The translations under genes were made by a program, and so were the position numbers. Positions 24,820 to 36,509 of a stretch of 64,000 nt of DNA are shown piece after piece. This DNA is from Mustelus asterias (taxonomy: Eukaryota): the NCBI RefSeq assembly GCF_964213995.1, contig NC_135823.1, positions 1,054,001-1,118,000 on the forward strand, read 5' to 3'. Under the pieces are notes generated by a model. That model was not told where the DNA came from, searched no databases, and saw only the letters and a list, made by a program, of their open reading frames with translations. The stretch's first letter is position 1, and each line of letters opens with the position of its first letter.

Positions 24820-26800
24820 GAATTATAGATTTATACAGCGCAGAAGAGGCCATTCGGTCCTTCGAGTCCACACCGACACATGAGGTACACGCGAACTCAC
24901 GCCTAATCCCATCTGCCAGCACTTGGCCCACAGCCCTGAAGATAATAATCTGCCAAATGCTCATCCAGATACTTTTGAAATGATGTGTGGCAACCCGCAA
25001 CCACGACCCTCCCAGGCAGCACATTCCAGACCCTCACAACCCTCTGGGTAAAAAAGCTTTTCCTCACATTCCCCCCTAAATTTCCTGCCCCTTACCTGAC
25101 ACCTATGCCCCCTCGTGACTGACCTTTCAACTGAGGGGAATAGCTTCATCCTGTCCATGTACCTTATAATCTTGTTGATGCGCATCAATTGGACACGAGG
25201 CACAAAGCTTCGGTAAAAGAAGGCTTTTATTAACTAACAATGGAACTATCAGAACTTTAACGCACTATCCCAGACTGAAGAGGTCCCGCCCGAGCAGGGG
25301 GTCTTATACCTCTCCCAGGAGGCGCAGCCCGACTGGATGTGCCACAACAGTAACAACCACAGGTGTATCAATCCCACCCTAGCCCAACAACAACTTCTGA
25401 TGATGCGGGGACCATAACTGCACAAAGTTCTCTTGCTGTGGCCTCACGAAAGTCCTGTACAATTCCAACATGACCTCCCTGTTTTTGCAATCAATGCCTC
25501 GATTGATAAATGAAAATGTCCCATTTGCCCTTTTCACCTCCCTACTATCATGCCCCTCCACTTTCAGAGATCTGTGGATAAAGACGCCAAGGTCCCTTTA
25601 TTCCAAAGAACTTCCGAATGTCCTACCATTCATTGAATACACTGTTGTCAAATTATCCCTTACAAAGTGCATCACTTCATACTTTTCAGTGTTAAATTTC
25701 ATCTGCCACTTACTTGCCCATTTGACCATTCCGTCTATATGTCCTTGAAGGCCAAGGCACTGCACATCACTGTTAGCCGTACATCCAATCCTTGTGTCTT
25801 CTGCAAACTAACTAATCCTACCCACCACGTACACATCAGTGTCATTTATATAAATGACGAAAAATAGGGGGCCCAACACAGAAGGTTGTGGTATGCCACT
25901 GGACACTGGCATCCAGTCACGAAAGCATTCTTCTGTCATCACCCGCTATCCCCTACAACTGATCCAATTTTGAATGCACTTTTTCAAATTACCCTGAATC
26001 TCACGTGAGTTCATCTTCTTTGCAAGCCTCCCATGTGGAACCATGTCAAAGTTTTTGCTGAAATCCACATAAGTTACTTCGACTGCACAACCTTCGTCTA
26101 CACACCTGGTCAGCCTCAAAAAAATCAATCAAATTTGTTAGGCATGACGAAGCCATGTTCACTATCTCTGCACAAGCTTTACCTCTCCAACTGTCGATGG
26201 ATGCCCTCCCTCAGAAGTTTCTCTCATTGCTTCCCTACCACTGAAGTGAGATTCACTTGTCTGCAGTTCCCTGGTTCATCTCTACAACTCTTCCTAAATA
26301 GCCGAATCATGTTTGCTTTTCCCCAGTCTTCTGGGACCTCCCGTGGCCAGAGTGGAATTGAAAAATACGATCCAGCGCCCCTGAAATCTTCCCTCTTGCC
26401 TCGCACAGGAGCTGATGGCGTAATTCAGCTGGACGTGGAGATGTATCCACTGTTAAGGCTGCCAACACCTCAAATATGTTGTCCTATCCAAAGTCAACTT
26501 GCTCAAAAACCACACAGTCCTTCTCCCTGAATTTTGGACCATTGTCCTCATTCCCTTTGGTGTGGAAGGATGTGATGTATTCAGTTAGCACCCCAACAAT
26601 GTCCTGTGGCTCCACCCACAGTTTGCCCCTTTCGTGCCTAATGGGGTCTATTTTTTTCCTGGCTATCCTCTTCCTATTGACATACATGTCGATTATGCTG
26701 GGATTTTCCCTACTTTTACCAGCCGGAACTTTCTGATATCCACTCTTTGTATTCCTCACTGCTTTACTAACTTGATATCTTCCACTTTGTTACACAGCCG
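24820..26800 (-). mobile_element. Degenerate CR1 LINE
   Basis: YVDFSKNFDMVPHGRL and LELYRTFVRP motifs. Confidence 0.75.
25173..25392 (-). mobile_element. Putative short solo LTR inserted in CR1
   Basis: On the minus strand: TGTTG...TCAACA termini, a TATAAG box and an AATAAA signal; sequence unrelated to the flanking CR1. Confidence 0.45.
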
Positions 26801-27639
26801 ACTATCGCCAAACATATGGAAAGAGAACAGAAGAGTGTTGAGTTCAGGGAAGTGCTTTGCAAATATTTTAATATCATGCAGGAAATTGCTGGATTTTGGA
26901 ATAAGTTGCAAGATGTCCCATCCGGGATAGTTCATGCGGCTATCAGCGAGCAGCTCATTGTCTGAAGCATCTAATTGCGAATCAAATCACATTCGTCCAC
27001 ACTTCAGAATCAAAACATATATCTCTGCGGCTCTTCCAAATGATACACAACGATTGAGTTAATGTTCTGGTTACAATACCTCAGTCAGACGTTTCTGCGG
27101 ATTTCCAGCAGTTTTCATTGCTGATTGCCAGATTTCTGCTACTTTTCACTTTCTTTCTTTTCGCAGTGGGTCTTCTTCTCCCTCAGTCAGTGCACAGTTT
27201 CCTCTGACCCGCGCACAGTTGGAAATGAATTAATTGCTGGGATTGTCGTCACAGTGGGATAGTGGTTAGCAATGCTGCTTCACAGTGTCAGAGACACAGG
27301 TTCAATCCTCGGCTTCGGTCGCTGTCTGTGTGGAGTTTGCACGTTCTCCCCGTGTCTGCGTGGGTTTCCTCCGGGTGCTCCAATTTGCTCCTCCAGTGTA
27401 AAAGTCATTCTGGCTATGTGCATTGACCCGAGCAGGTGTTGGACTGTGGCGACAAGGGGAATTTCACAGTAACGTAATTGCACTGTTAATTTAAGCCTTA
27501 ATTGTGACTAATAAATAAACTGTAAACGTTTATGATGTTGAACCCATGGTAGTTTATCGATAATTCAAAAGATGGTTTGTGCTGTGATTACACAGCGAAG
27601 GTGTGCACCTGTGTGAGATTCTCTATCTGTCTCTTGGTG

Positions 27640-28490
27640 TGAGATTGTGTATGTGTGTTCGTGTGTGTGTGAGAGATTATCTGTCTGTATATCTCTCTAT
27701 ATGTGCCTGTGTGGGTTTGTGTGGGTGAGAGATTCTCTGCGTATTTTGGGGCAGCACGGTGGCACAGTGGTTAGGGCTGCTGCCTAATAGCGCCAGGAAC
27801 TCGATTCCCAGCTTGGGTTACTGTCTGCGTACAGTTTTCATGTTCTCCCCGTGCCTGCATGAGTTTCCTCCAGGTGTTCCGGTTTCCTTCCACCGTCCAG
27901 AGATGTGCGGGTTAAGTGGTTTGGCTCTGCTGAATTGCCCCTGAATGTCAGGCGGACTAGCTAGAGTAAATGCATGGGGTTATGGGGATAGGGCTTGGGT
28001 GGGATCGTGTTCGGCGCAGACTTGATGGACCGAATGACCTCCTGCTGCACGGTAGGAATCTATATGTGCGTCGGTTTGAGCCTCTGCTTGTGAGAGATTC
28101 CATGTGCATCTCTCTGTTTATGTTGTTGAAAGATTGTGTGTGTGAGATTATGAGATTTTTTTAATGTATCTTTCTCGAAGTTTCGGTGAGAGATTGTGTG
28201 TGCGTTGAGCTGGACTGGTGAATGCGTGTACGCCTGAGGGGGAGACTCAGAGAGACACTATGTGTTTGTGGGAGACGGTACATGAGTGAACACTTCCGTG
28301 ACTGTGTGTGTTTGTGTGTACATCTGTGTTTCTATGTGTAAGTGTGTCTGAGTCTGTGTGGGAGGGAGCGAGAATGTTTCAGTGCGGCTGTGTCTGTGCC
28401 TCTGTGTTTCTTTGTGTAAGTGTGTCTGTGTGTGAACGAGAACGTTTCTGTGTGTTTGTATCTGTATGTGTGTTTGTGTGTGTGTGTGTG
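27640..28490. repeat. Degenerate (GT)n-rich low-complexity region with an embedded SINE (27748-28065)
   Basis: TGTG runs; ORFs here are HT/VC repeats. Confidence 0.8.
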
Positions 28491-29937
28491 GTTCCATATC
28501 ATGAGGTGGAATTGTCGGCTTTGGGCTGGGGTGGGCACCAGATTAAAGTCCAACAGGCTTATTAGGAATCATGAGCTTTCGGAGCGTTGCTCCTTCACCA
28601 GGTGAGTCCTGGCGCATGTACTTGTTAGCTTGCCTGAGTCTATGGGAGCGAGAGTGTTTCTGTGCGTGTCGTGCAGTTTTCGCTCTCGTGTTCTCATCGG
28701 TATTTAATCCCTCAACAAACATCTAAAAATATGACAATTCACCTGTCTCATTGTTGCATTGTTCCTTATTGGATCACACTGTTCGCAAAGGCGCTGGGGA
28801 ATTTACTACGTTGGATCGGTGAATATAATTCCAACAGGTGGCGTTCAACAATTTGGGGTTGAAGCAGCTCAGGAATGACGCACACTAATTGCACAGTGGC
28901 TGCTGTTGGGAATTCACTGTCTGATTTGATGGTGAAAGTTTTAGTTATTTAAAGGGGACCTGAATATGTATGTAAACTGTTGTAACCTAAAAATTGGTTG
29001 CTGGATAGTGGGATTAGAACAGACTGCGAGTTTTCTGGCCAGCAGAGACTTGGTGGGGGAATGGCCTCTTTCCTTGCGGCATCTGTTCCGTTGTTCAATG
29101 GTGCCAATACACTTCATTGTGTGTGGCTGGTTGTGATTAATTCTGAGAGATTTCCCGAAATTCAAAGATTCACGACGGCACTGTGGCACATTGGTTAGCG
29201 CTGCTGCCTCACAGCACCAGGGGCCGAAGCTCGATTCCTTGGGTGGCTGCCTGTGTGGAGGTTGCACGTTTTCACCGTGTCTGCGTGCGTCTCTTCTGGG
29301 TGCTCCGGTTTCCTCCCACAGGCCAAAGATGTGCAGCTTAGTTGGATTAGCCATGGGAAATGTACGGAGATACAGACAATGGGTGTGGTGAGGGCCTGGT
29401 TCAGATACACTGTGCGAGAGTCGGTGCAGACTTGATGGGCCAAAAGGTGTATAATTCTGAAGGGGCTTGACACAATAGATGCTGAGACGCTGGCCAGAGA
29501 AACTTGAACATAACACTTGTTGAAACATGGTAATCGGATTGGCTGGTGAACAGTAATCAAACTGATATACATAAGTGTTTGCGTTTTCTGTGCAAGTCGC
29601 ACTCCAAATTCTGCTTCTCTGTGACTACGTTATTTCAGTCAATTGCAGCCACTAGGGGCTGGGTCGTTAAGAATGTTCAAGGCTGAGATAGACAGATTCT
29701 GATTCAGTAAGAACATCAAGGGTTATGGGAATAAGGTCGGGAAGTGAAGTTGACAACTGTCATATCAGAACAGTCATGAGCTCATTGAATGATGGAGTAG
29801 ACTTGATGGCAGAATGGCCAACTTCTGCTTCTGTGTCTTATGGTCTGGGGATGTTACGGTCTAATACTTCAACAGATGCATTAAGCCATTAATTTTGCAA
29901 TTGAGTTGAAGGCCAACGGAAGCGGGTTGAACAATTT

Positions 29938-31075
29938 TAGGATTTTAGCAAGGCGTTCGATAAGGTCCCCCATGCAAGGCTTCCAGAAAAAGTGAGAGGG
30001 CATGGAATCCAAGGGGCTGCAGCACTATGTATCCAAAACTGGCTCGCGCAAAGGAGGCAGAGAGTGTGCACAATTTTCGAATTGGAGGTCGGTCACCAGT
30101 GGTGTGCCCCAGGGATCTGTTCTGGGACCCTTACTGTTTGTCATTTCCATAAATGACCTGGATGAGGAAGTGGTGGGATGGGTTGGTAAGTTTGCCGACG
30201 ACACGAAGGTTGGTGGCGTTGTGGATAGTCTGGAGAGATGTCAGAATTACAGAGGGACATAGATAGGATGCAACTGTGCGGAGAAGTGGCAGTTGGACTT
30301 CAACCCAGATAAATGCGTCGTGGTCCATTTTGGCAGGTCGAATGGGCTGAAGGAGTACAATATAAAGGGAAAGACTCTTAGTACGGTAGAGGATCAGACG
30401 GACCTTGCGGTCCGAGTCCATAGGACTCTGAAATCGGCCCCGCAGATGGAGGAGGTGGTTAAGAAGGCGTATGGTGTGCTGGCCTTTATAAATCGAAGGA
30501 TTCAGTTTAGGAGTCCGGGGATAATGATGCTGCTATATAAGACACTCGTCAGACCCCACTTGGAGTACTGTGCTCAGTTCTGGTCGCCTCATTACAGGAA
30601 GGATGTGGAAAGATTGAAAGGGTGCAGAGGAGACTGACAAGGATGTTGCCTGGATTGAGTTGCATGCTTTATGAGGATAGGCTGAGGGAGCTCGGTCTTT
30701 TCTCCTTGGAGTGACGTAGGATGAGAGGAGACCTAACAGAGGTACATAAGGTGTTAACAGGCATAGATCGGGTGGATTCTCAGAGGCTTTTTCCCAGGGT
30801 GGACGAGAGGACACAGGTTTAAGGTGCTGGGGGGTAGGTACAGGGGAAATGTTCGGGGGAGGTTTTTCACACAGAGGGTGGTGGGCGAGTGGAATCAGCT
30901 GCCGTCAGTGGTGGGGGAGGCAAACTCAATAGGGTATTTTAAGAGGCTCCTGGATGTGTACATCGGACTTAATAGGATGGAGGGTTATAGGTCGGCCTAC
31001 AAGGTAGGGATATGTTCTGCACAACTTGTGGAGCCGAAGGGCCTGTTTTGTGCTGTAGTTTTCTATGTTTCTAAA
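29938..31075 (+). mobile_element. CR1 LINE 3' part
   Basis: [12 protein letters not shown] and HLEYCAQFWSP motifs plus the CTATGTTTCT tail. Confidence 0.9.
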
Positions 31076-31701
31076 CACTTGCATAGGGAATTGGATAACT
31101 ACTTGTTGGCAAGAACATTTCTGAGCATCATGAATAAAGTGAGTGAAGGTTGGACTAACTGGGATGCGATGGCCTCGCGGTCTTATCGCAAGACGATTAA
31201 TCCACAAAATCAGCTAATATTCTGGGGATTCTGTTTGAATCCAGCAACGCCAGATGGCAGAATTTATATTCAATGAAAAAAATCTGGAATTAAGAATCCA
31301 CTGATGACCATGAAACCATTGTCAGAAAAACCCGTCTAGTTCACTATTGTACTTTCAGGAAGTAAATCTGCCATTCTTATCTGGTCTGGCCTACATGCCA
31401 CTTCAGAGTCACAACGTTATTTTTGACTCTCAACTGCACTCTAAATAAAGACAACTACGAGTGTGCAAAGGCAGCGATGCCCATGTCCCACGGATGAATA
31501 AAACGTGGATTGCTTTTTCAAAGATCCAACACGGATTCATTGGGCTGAATAGTCTCCTTCTAAGCTGTAGGATTCTCTGATTTTATGTAACGCTTTTGAG
31601 TTTCGGTGTAATCTTAAATATTTATGGGCCGAAGTCTTCTTTCTGCACGTTGGGGAATATGTTGCTCTCTATGATCATTCTCTGATTTGTGAATGTTTCA
31701 G

Positions 31702-31752
31702 AATGGACCTATCTACGGCTCCCTGGATTTGGCCGCCTTGGAAAAGAGATAG
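31702..31752 (+). pseudogene. Probable terminal cytoplasmic exon of gene 2 with a YxxL tyrosine motif
   Basis: tgtttcag|NGPIYGSLDLAALEKR* (continuing KKKAGRK* to 31776); unique sequence followed by a 3'UTR-like region and AATAAA at ~32154. Confidence 0.55.
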
Positions 31753-32599
31753 AAAAAGAAGGCGGGTCGAAAATAAGAAGCGAAGCGATGAGTTATGGAG
31801 GAAGCAGAATTTCCTGAAAATCCCACAGCCTCGTGGAAGCAACCATGGAGCCAATGAGACTCCCTTCAAACAGCTATACTTTCCCCGCGCATCCGCCAAA
31901 CATTGGCTCCAGCGTTCACTGCAAATGATTGGACATTGAGATTAGGATACTACACTGGAAGCATGTTCTTCAGCTGTCGAAGAAACTTTGAGCAATGCTC
32001 AGAGACTTTCCTGAGTTTCTTTGGAAATGTTCTGCTGATCATATCGCTCACGATAATCATAGGAATTACACAAATTCTCTTTGCAAATGTCAACGCACGA
32101 ATATCATAATTATTCTATCTTTATATCGATGATTTGTCTTGATCTTGATCAACAATAAACTGATAATTAAATGTAATCTTTATGATGTTGCGATTTCTGT
32201 TGAACTGACACTATCAGTGCACGATTCAGATATTTGTCACTGCTTCAAGTGTGAGAAGTTTGATGGTTCGTCGAATTGGAATGCAATGAGAGATGGGCCC
32301 AGACAGAAGTGCATGGAATTTCCAATGTTTTCGTCATTATTTTACACAGTGAGCTTATGTTTGTACTTAACATAAACCGTACATTTCAAAGCAATAGGAT
32401 GAGTGCAGTGCTACGGAAGAAGTCATGAATTTCGATTTGTGTTCAGCGGCATCTGGATTTTCTTGTCAATCCTTGCTAATTCCTCGCCAGCTCTGTCCTG
32501 ATTCATAGGAATTTAATTACTAAAGGAGCGGATGACCAAGTGGTATTATCGTGGCTAGTCCTCCAGAAACTCAGGTGCCAAAAACTCAGTAGCCTTGTA

Positions 32600-33880
32600 T
32601 GATCAGGCGTTTAATGTGTTCATCGAATAGCTTCTTAAATGTCGTGAGGTTTCTCACCTTTACCACCCTTTCAGGCAATGAGTTCTACATTCACACCACC
32701 CTTTGAGTGAAAATGTTGTTCATCACCTCTCCTGCCCCTTAGCTTAAATCAATATCCCAGGGTGGTTACTGACCCCTTTTCTCGATAGGATAGATATCGA
32801 TCCTATCAGTGCTGCTCATAACTTTCGAATCCTCAATCAAGTCCTCCCACAGCTTTCTGTGCTCCAAGGTAAACAACCCTAGCCAATCCAGCCCACTTCA
32901 TAGCTGAAACGGTCCAAGCCAGGCAACATCCTGCGAATCTCCTCTGAGCTTTCCCGAGTGCAATCACTTCTATCCTGCAGTGTGGTGACCAGAACTGCAG
33001 CTATACCCTGAGCTGTGTTTGATCCAACTCCATAACAACCTCCCTGCTATTATACTCAATGCCTCGGTTAATAAAGTCAAGAATTCCACATAACCCTTCT
33101 GAACGACCTTATCTCCCTGTCCTGTTGTCTTCACAGATCTTTGGCCATGCACATTAATGTCCCTCTGATCCTTTGTACTTCCTCCGTGTCCAACCATTCA
33201 TTGTGTATTCCCTTTCCTTGTTGGTCCTTCTAAAATGCGTCATCTCACACTTATTAGATTAAATTCCATTTGTCAGTGTTCTCGCCATTTGAGCAGCCCT
33301 TCTACATCACCCTGCAATCTACGGCTTTACTCGGTACTATTTACATACCACCAATGACTGTGTCATTAGTGAACGGACTTATCATACCCTCCACATTCAC
33401 GTCGAGATCATTAGTGTACACTACAAACAAAAACGGACCCAGCACCTATCTCTGTGGAACACCACTGGACACGGACTTCCAGTCACTCAAACAACTTTCC
33501 ACCATTACGCACTGCCTCCTGCCGCTCGATTAATTTTGGATCCAGTTTGCAAAATTGACTGGGACCCATGGGCTCTCACCTTCTTCATCAGCCTCCCATG
33601 TGGGACCTGCTCAAAATCCTTCCTGAAGTCCATGCCGACCACCTCAACTACACTGCCCGCATCTAGACAACTCGTCACTCCTCGAAAAATTCAATTGAAT
33701 TTGTGTGGCATGATTTCCCTTTGACAAAATCATGCTGACCATCCTTGATTAATACTTGTCTCCCCAACTGGAGATTAATTCTGTCCTTCAGAATTTGTTC
33801 CTCCGGTTTCCCTGCCAATGGAGATAAACTCAGTTGCCTGTAATTTTCAGATATTTTTCTCCCGACAATGACAACTGTTA
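32600..33880 (-). mobile_element. Old CR1 LINE fragment
   Basis: NYRQLSL and HDFVKGKSCHTNSIEFFEE motifs. Confidence 0.75.
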
Positions 33881-34067
33881 CGTCCGCAAGCACTGAGGAA
33901 AATTGTGATTGATGCTGATTCTAAAATCCCCTTTTCAATTTACATGTTCAAGGTTGGAAAGCATCTTGCATTACAGTCTTACTGAGGGACTTTTAACCAC
34001 GTCAGGAAGAATGAATCTTCATTATATACTGTTAAATTAAATTACATTGTCATTTTATTATTATTAT

Positions 34068-34953
34068 TGTCAGGGACTGAGGAAAATTTGTGGGGAAGAC
34101 GTTTACCAGTGTTCTTTGTCCCTTGTCGGTTTCAGTGTCCTGTTTGCCAGGCGGGTGCTGTGAACAAGATGCTGTTGGTTGAGTGATGTGGGCTGGGCCA
34201 ATGGGATTGCCCTGGGGGTGGGAAGAAAAAAAAGGCGCCAGGAAGTGAAGCAGCTGAAGAGCTGAGGAGGGAGTGTGCAGAAGAGGGACAGCCACGCTTT
34301 TTGAAGAGAAGCTTTTCAGAGGCAGTAAAAAGTCAGTTCGAAGTGAATCTTTCTCAGGTAGAACTGCTTGGTTTTTCATGACTGCCGAGGAGGACAGCCT
34401 TCAGCGCACGGGATCTGCGTTACTACACAGATAGCTCGCGGCACCTCTGCCTCGTGTGCTTGCTTAATCATCTTCCCTCTCGTAGACCCGTCTGGACTGT
34501 GTGTGTGTCGGGGTGAAGTGAGTACTATCAGACAGGAACGGTAACAGAATGTGGTTTTCTTCAGATGTGCACCAACGGATGGGCCCCAACGTTTAAAATT
34601 CAAAGTGCTTGGTGATATTCTGAACATTTCTCAGGTTGAAACTGTTAATTGGAAAATCTTCAGTTGGGATTCTTTACTTGTTTATATCTGCTAATTATGT
34701 TTGTTATTATTATTTTTTCGTTATTCCGTTTACCTTGTTGTTCCAAATCTTTTCTCATTATAAGGTTTATCTCAATAACATTTTTGAGAGGCACCGCGCT
34801 AAACATACTCAAATCCTTTCCATGCAAGCCTGTACTGGCATTTATGGGTTAACAGGAAATTTAGCCAGCTCACCATCAACTTCTAGGAATTCAGGATCCT
34901 GTAAATCGAACAGTTAAATAGTAGCCCCATATAGTGATCAGCAGGGGGTTACA
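34068..34953 (+). repeat. 5' LTR
   Basis: Direct repeat of 41012-41897; about 16 mismatches in the first ~260 bp by eye. Confidence 0.95.
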
Positions 34954-34957
34954 TTTT

Positions 34958-34975
34958 TGGAGGCACCGCTGGGAT
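34958..34975 (+). promoter_or_regulatory. Primer binding site complementary to the tRNA-Thr(AGU) 3' end
   Basis: TGGAGGCACCGCTGGGAT is the reverse complement of ATCCCAGCGGTGCCTCCA, recalled as the vertebrate tRNA-Thr-AGT 3' end. Confidence 0.8.
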
Positions 34976-35088
34976 CATTCCTGTTTACCAGACAGGTGAA
35001 ATTTTTTTTCTTCCCGTCAATCAGTAACAGTTAACCCAGTAATTATAACAGGAAAAGTTTTTACAGTGTTAGTAGCTCACTTAAGACA

Positions 35089-36509
35089 ATGGATTTTTCT
35101 CAGGCTGCTGACTGGAGCCGCCAAAAGAATATCAGTCTTTCTCGTGGCAGATTACTGAGCAATGTGCCAAGAGATACTAGTGAGGAGACGATTGCTAGGG
35201 TCTTAAACACAGTGAAAGTCTTTGGTCGCACCAAGATTTGTGGGCGCCGTCGGGAATCTACTGGCACACAGTTGTTCATACTAGTGGAGACGAGCATTGA
35301 TTTAACCCCTGACACTGTACCTCCATATGTAGGTAATGAAGGAGAAGCTGGGCCATGGGCTGTGCATACGCTAGAACATTTGGACACACAGGATGCTGTT
35401 CCTGAAGAGGATGCTTTACTTACAAAGCTGTTGTTACTACTACAACAGGAAGGCAAGTCAATGGAGGATTTTCAGGCCATAGTATCAGAACATCAAGCTC
35501 CCAAAGTGGATGTGAACATGGATTTAATGACTGCGAATGGAAAACTAGTGGACAAGTGCAACCAAGTGTCTACCGATGGGCCGAGCTACAGAAAGCTGAG
35601 ACTGTTTTCAGGACTGAAACCTGTACCCCAGGTGAGGAAGAATATGACGCCTGGATGGAGCAGGCTACCCAGATGATCAGCGAGTGGCAATGCACTGACG
35701 CCGCCAAGAGACAGCGTATAGTGGAAAGTTAAAAAGGGCCTGGTGCTGACATCGTTCGATTTTTGAAAGTTAGCACGCCCACTGCTACGGGCATCGATTA
35801 TGTATCTGCTCTGGACACAGCTTATGGCACCACAGAGAGTGGAGCCAACATCTTGGCCAAGTTCAGACACACATACCAGAATGAAGGAGAAAAACTCTCT
35901 GCTTTTCTTTTTCGCCTTGCCAAACTTCTCCATCGTGCTCTTCTTAAGGGAGGAATTACGGCTGCAGACATGAATCCAGCTCAGATGGAACAGCTAGTCA
36001 AGGGTGCACTCACTCGAGACATGGTTGCTCTGCGTGTAAGAATGAGCCACACCCTGGACAAATCCCCTTCCTTCTTCCAGCTGATGCGGGAAGTAAGAGA
36101 GGAAGAAAATTGGATTAGCGCCAGAGAAGGGGTGAAAGCAACTGCCACCGCAGCCACCGCCAGTGTACCGCAGTCTTCAGTTAGGTCTGAGTTCAACAGC
36201 CTACGAAATGAGGTAAGGGAACTGACTTCTCAGGTGGCCAGACTGTTCGGCGCCGTTCCAGTTACCCCGACATCTGAAAGTACGACAGCAAGGATTGGGT
36301 CTGTACAGCACGCACCAGAAGCTGCTGTTTGGGACGCGTCTCCCCGAGTTAAAATGTCCAAACCACTGCCGGCAGGAATCTTTTGCTACAGGTGTGGGCA
36401 AGATGGACATACAAGGAGAGTGTGCCAAGAACTCGAGGATCTGAGGAAAGTGAATCAGAAGCTGATCAAAGCAAGCAGACAGCAGGGAAACTTCTCAGGA
36501 GCCAGGTGA
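35089..36509 (+). pseudogene. gag: Gypsy gag (PNMA-like N-domain, capsid, CCHC knuckle), frameshifted
   Basis: ORFs 35089-35676 and 35763-36509. Confidence 0.85.

Noticed and set aside
26800-27218. Remnant TM-exon end (..IWKENRRVLSS|GGAAGT) and a small exon after the strong acceptor at 27166 as parts of gene 2
   Set aside because: Both donors are non-canonical, no hydrophobic span remains and the frames are inconsistent; it cannot be supported without a paralog cDNA.
35089-36509. Domesticated PNMA host gene
   Set aside because: It lies between two LTRs with PBS, PPT and pol, and is frameshifted, so it is a transposon gag.
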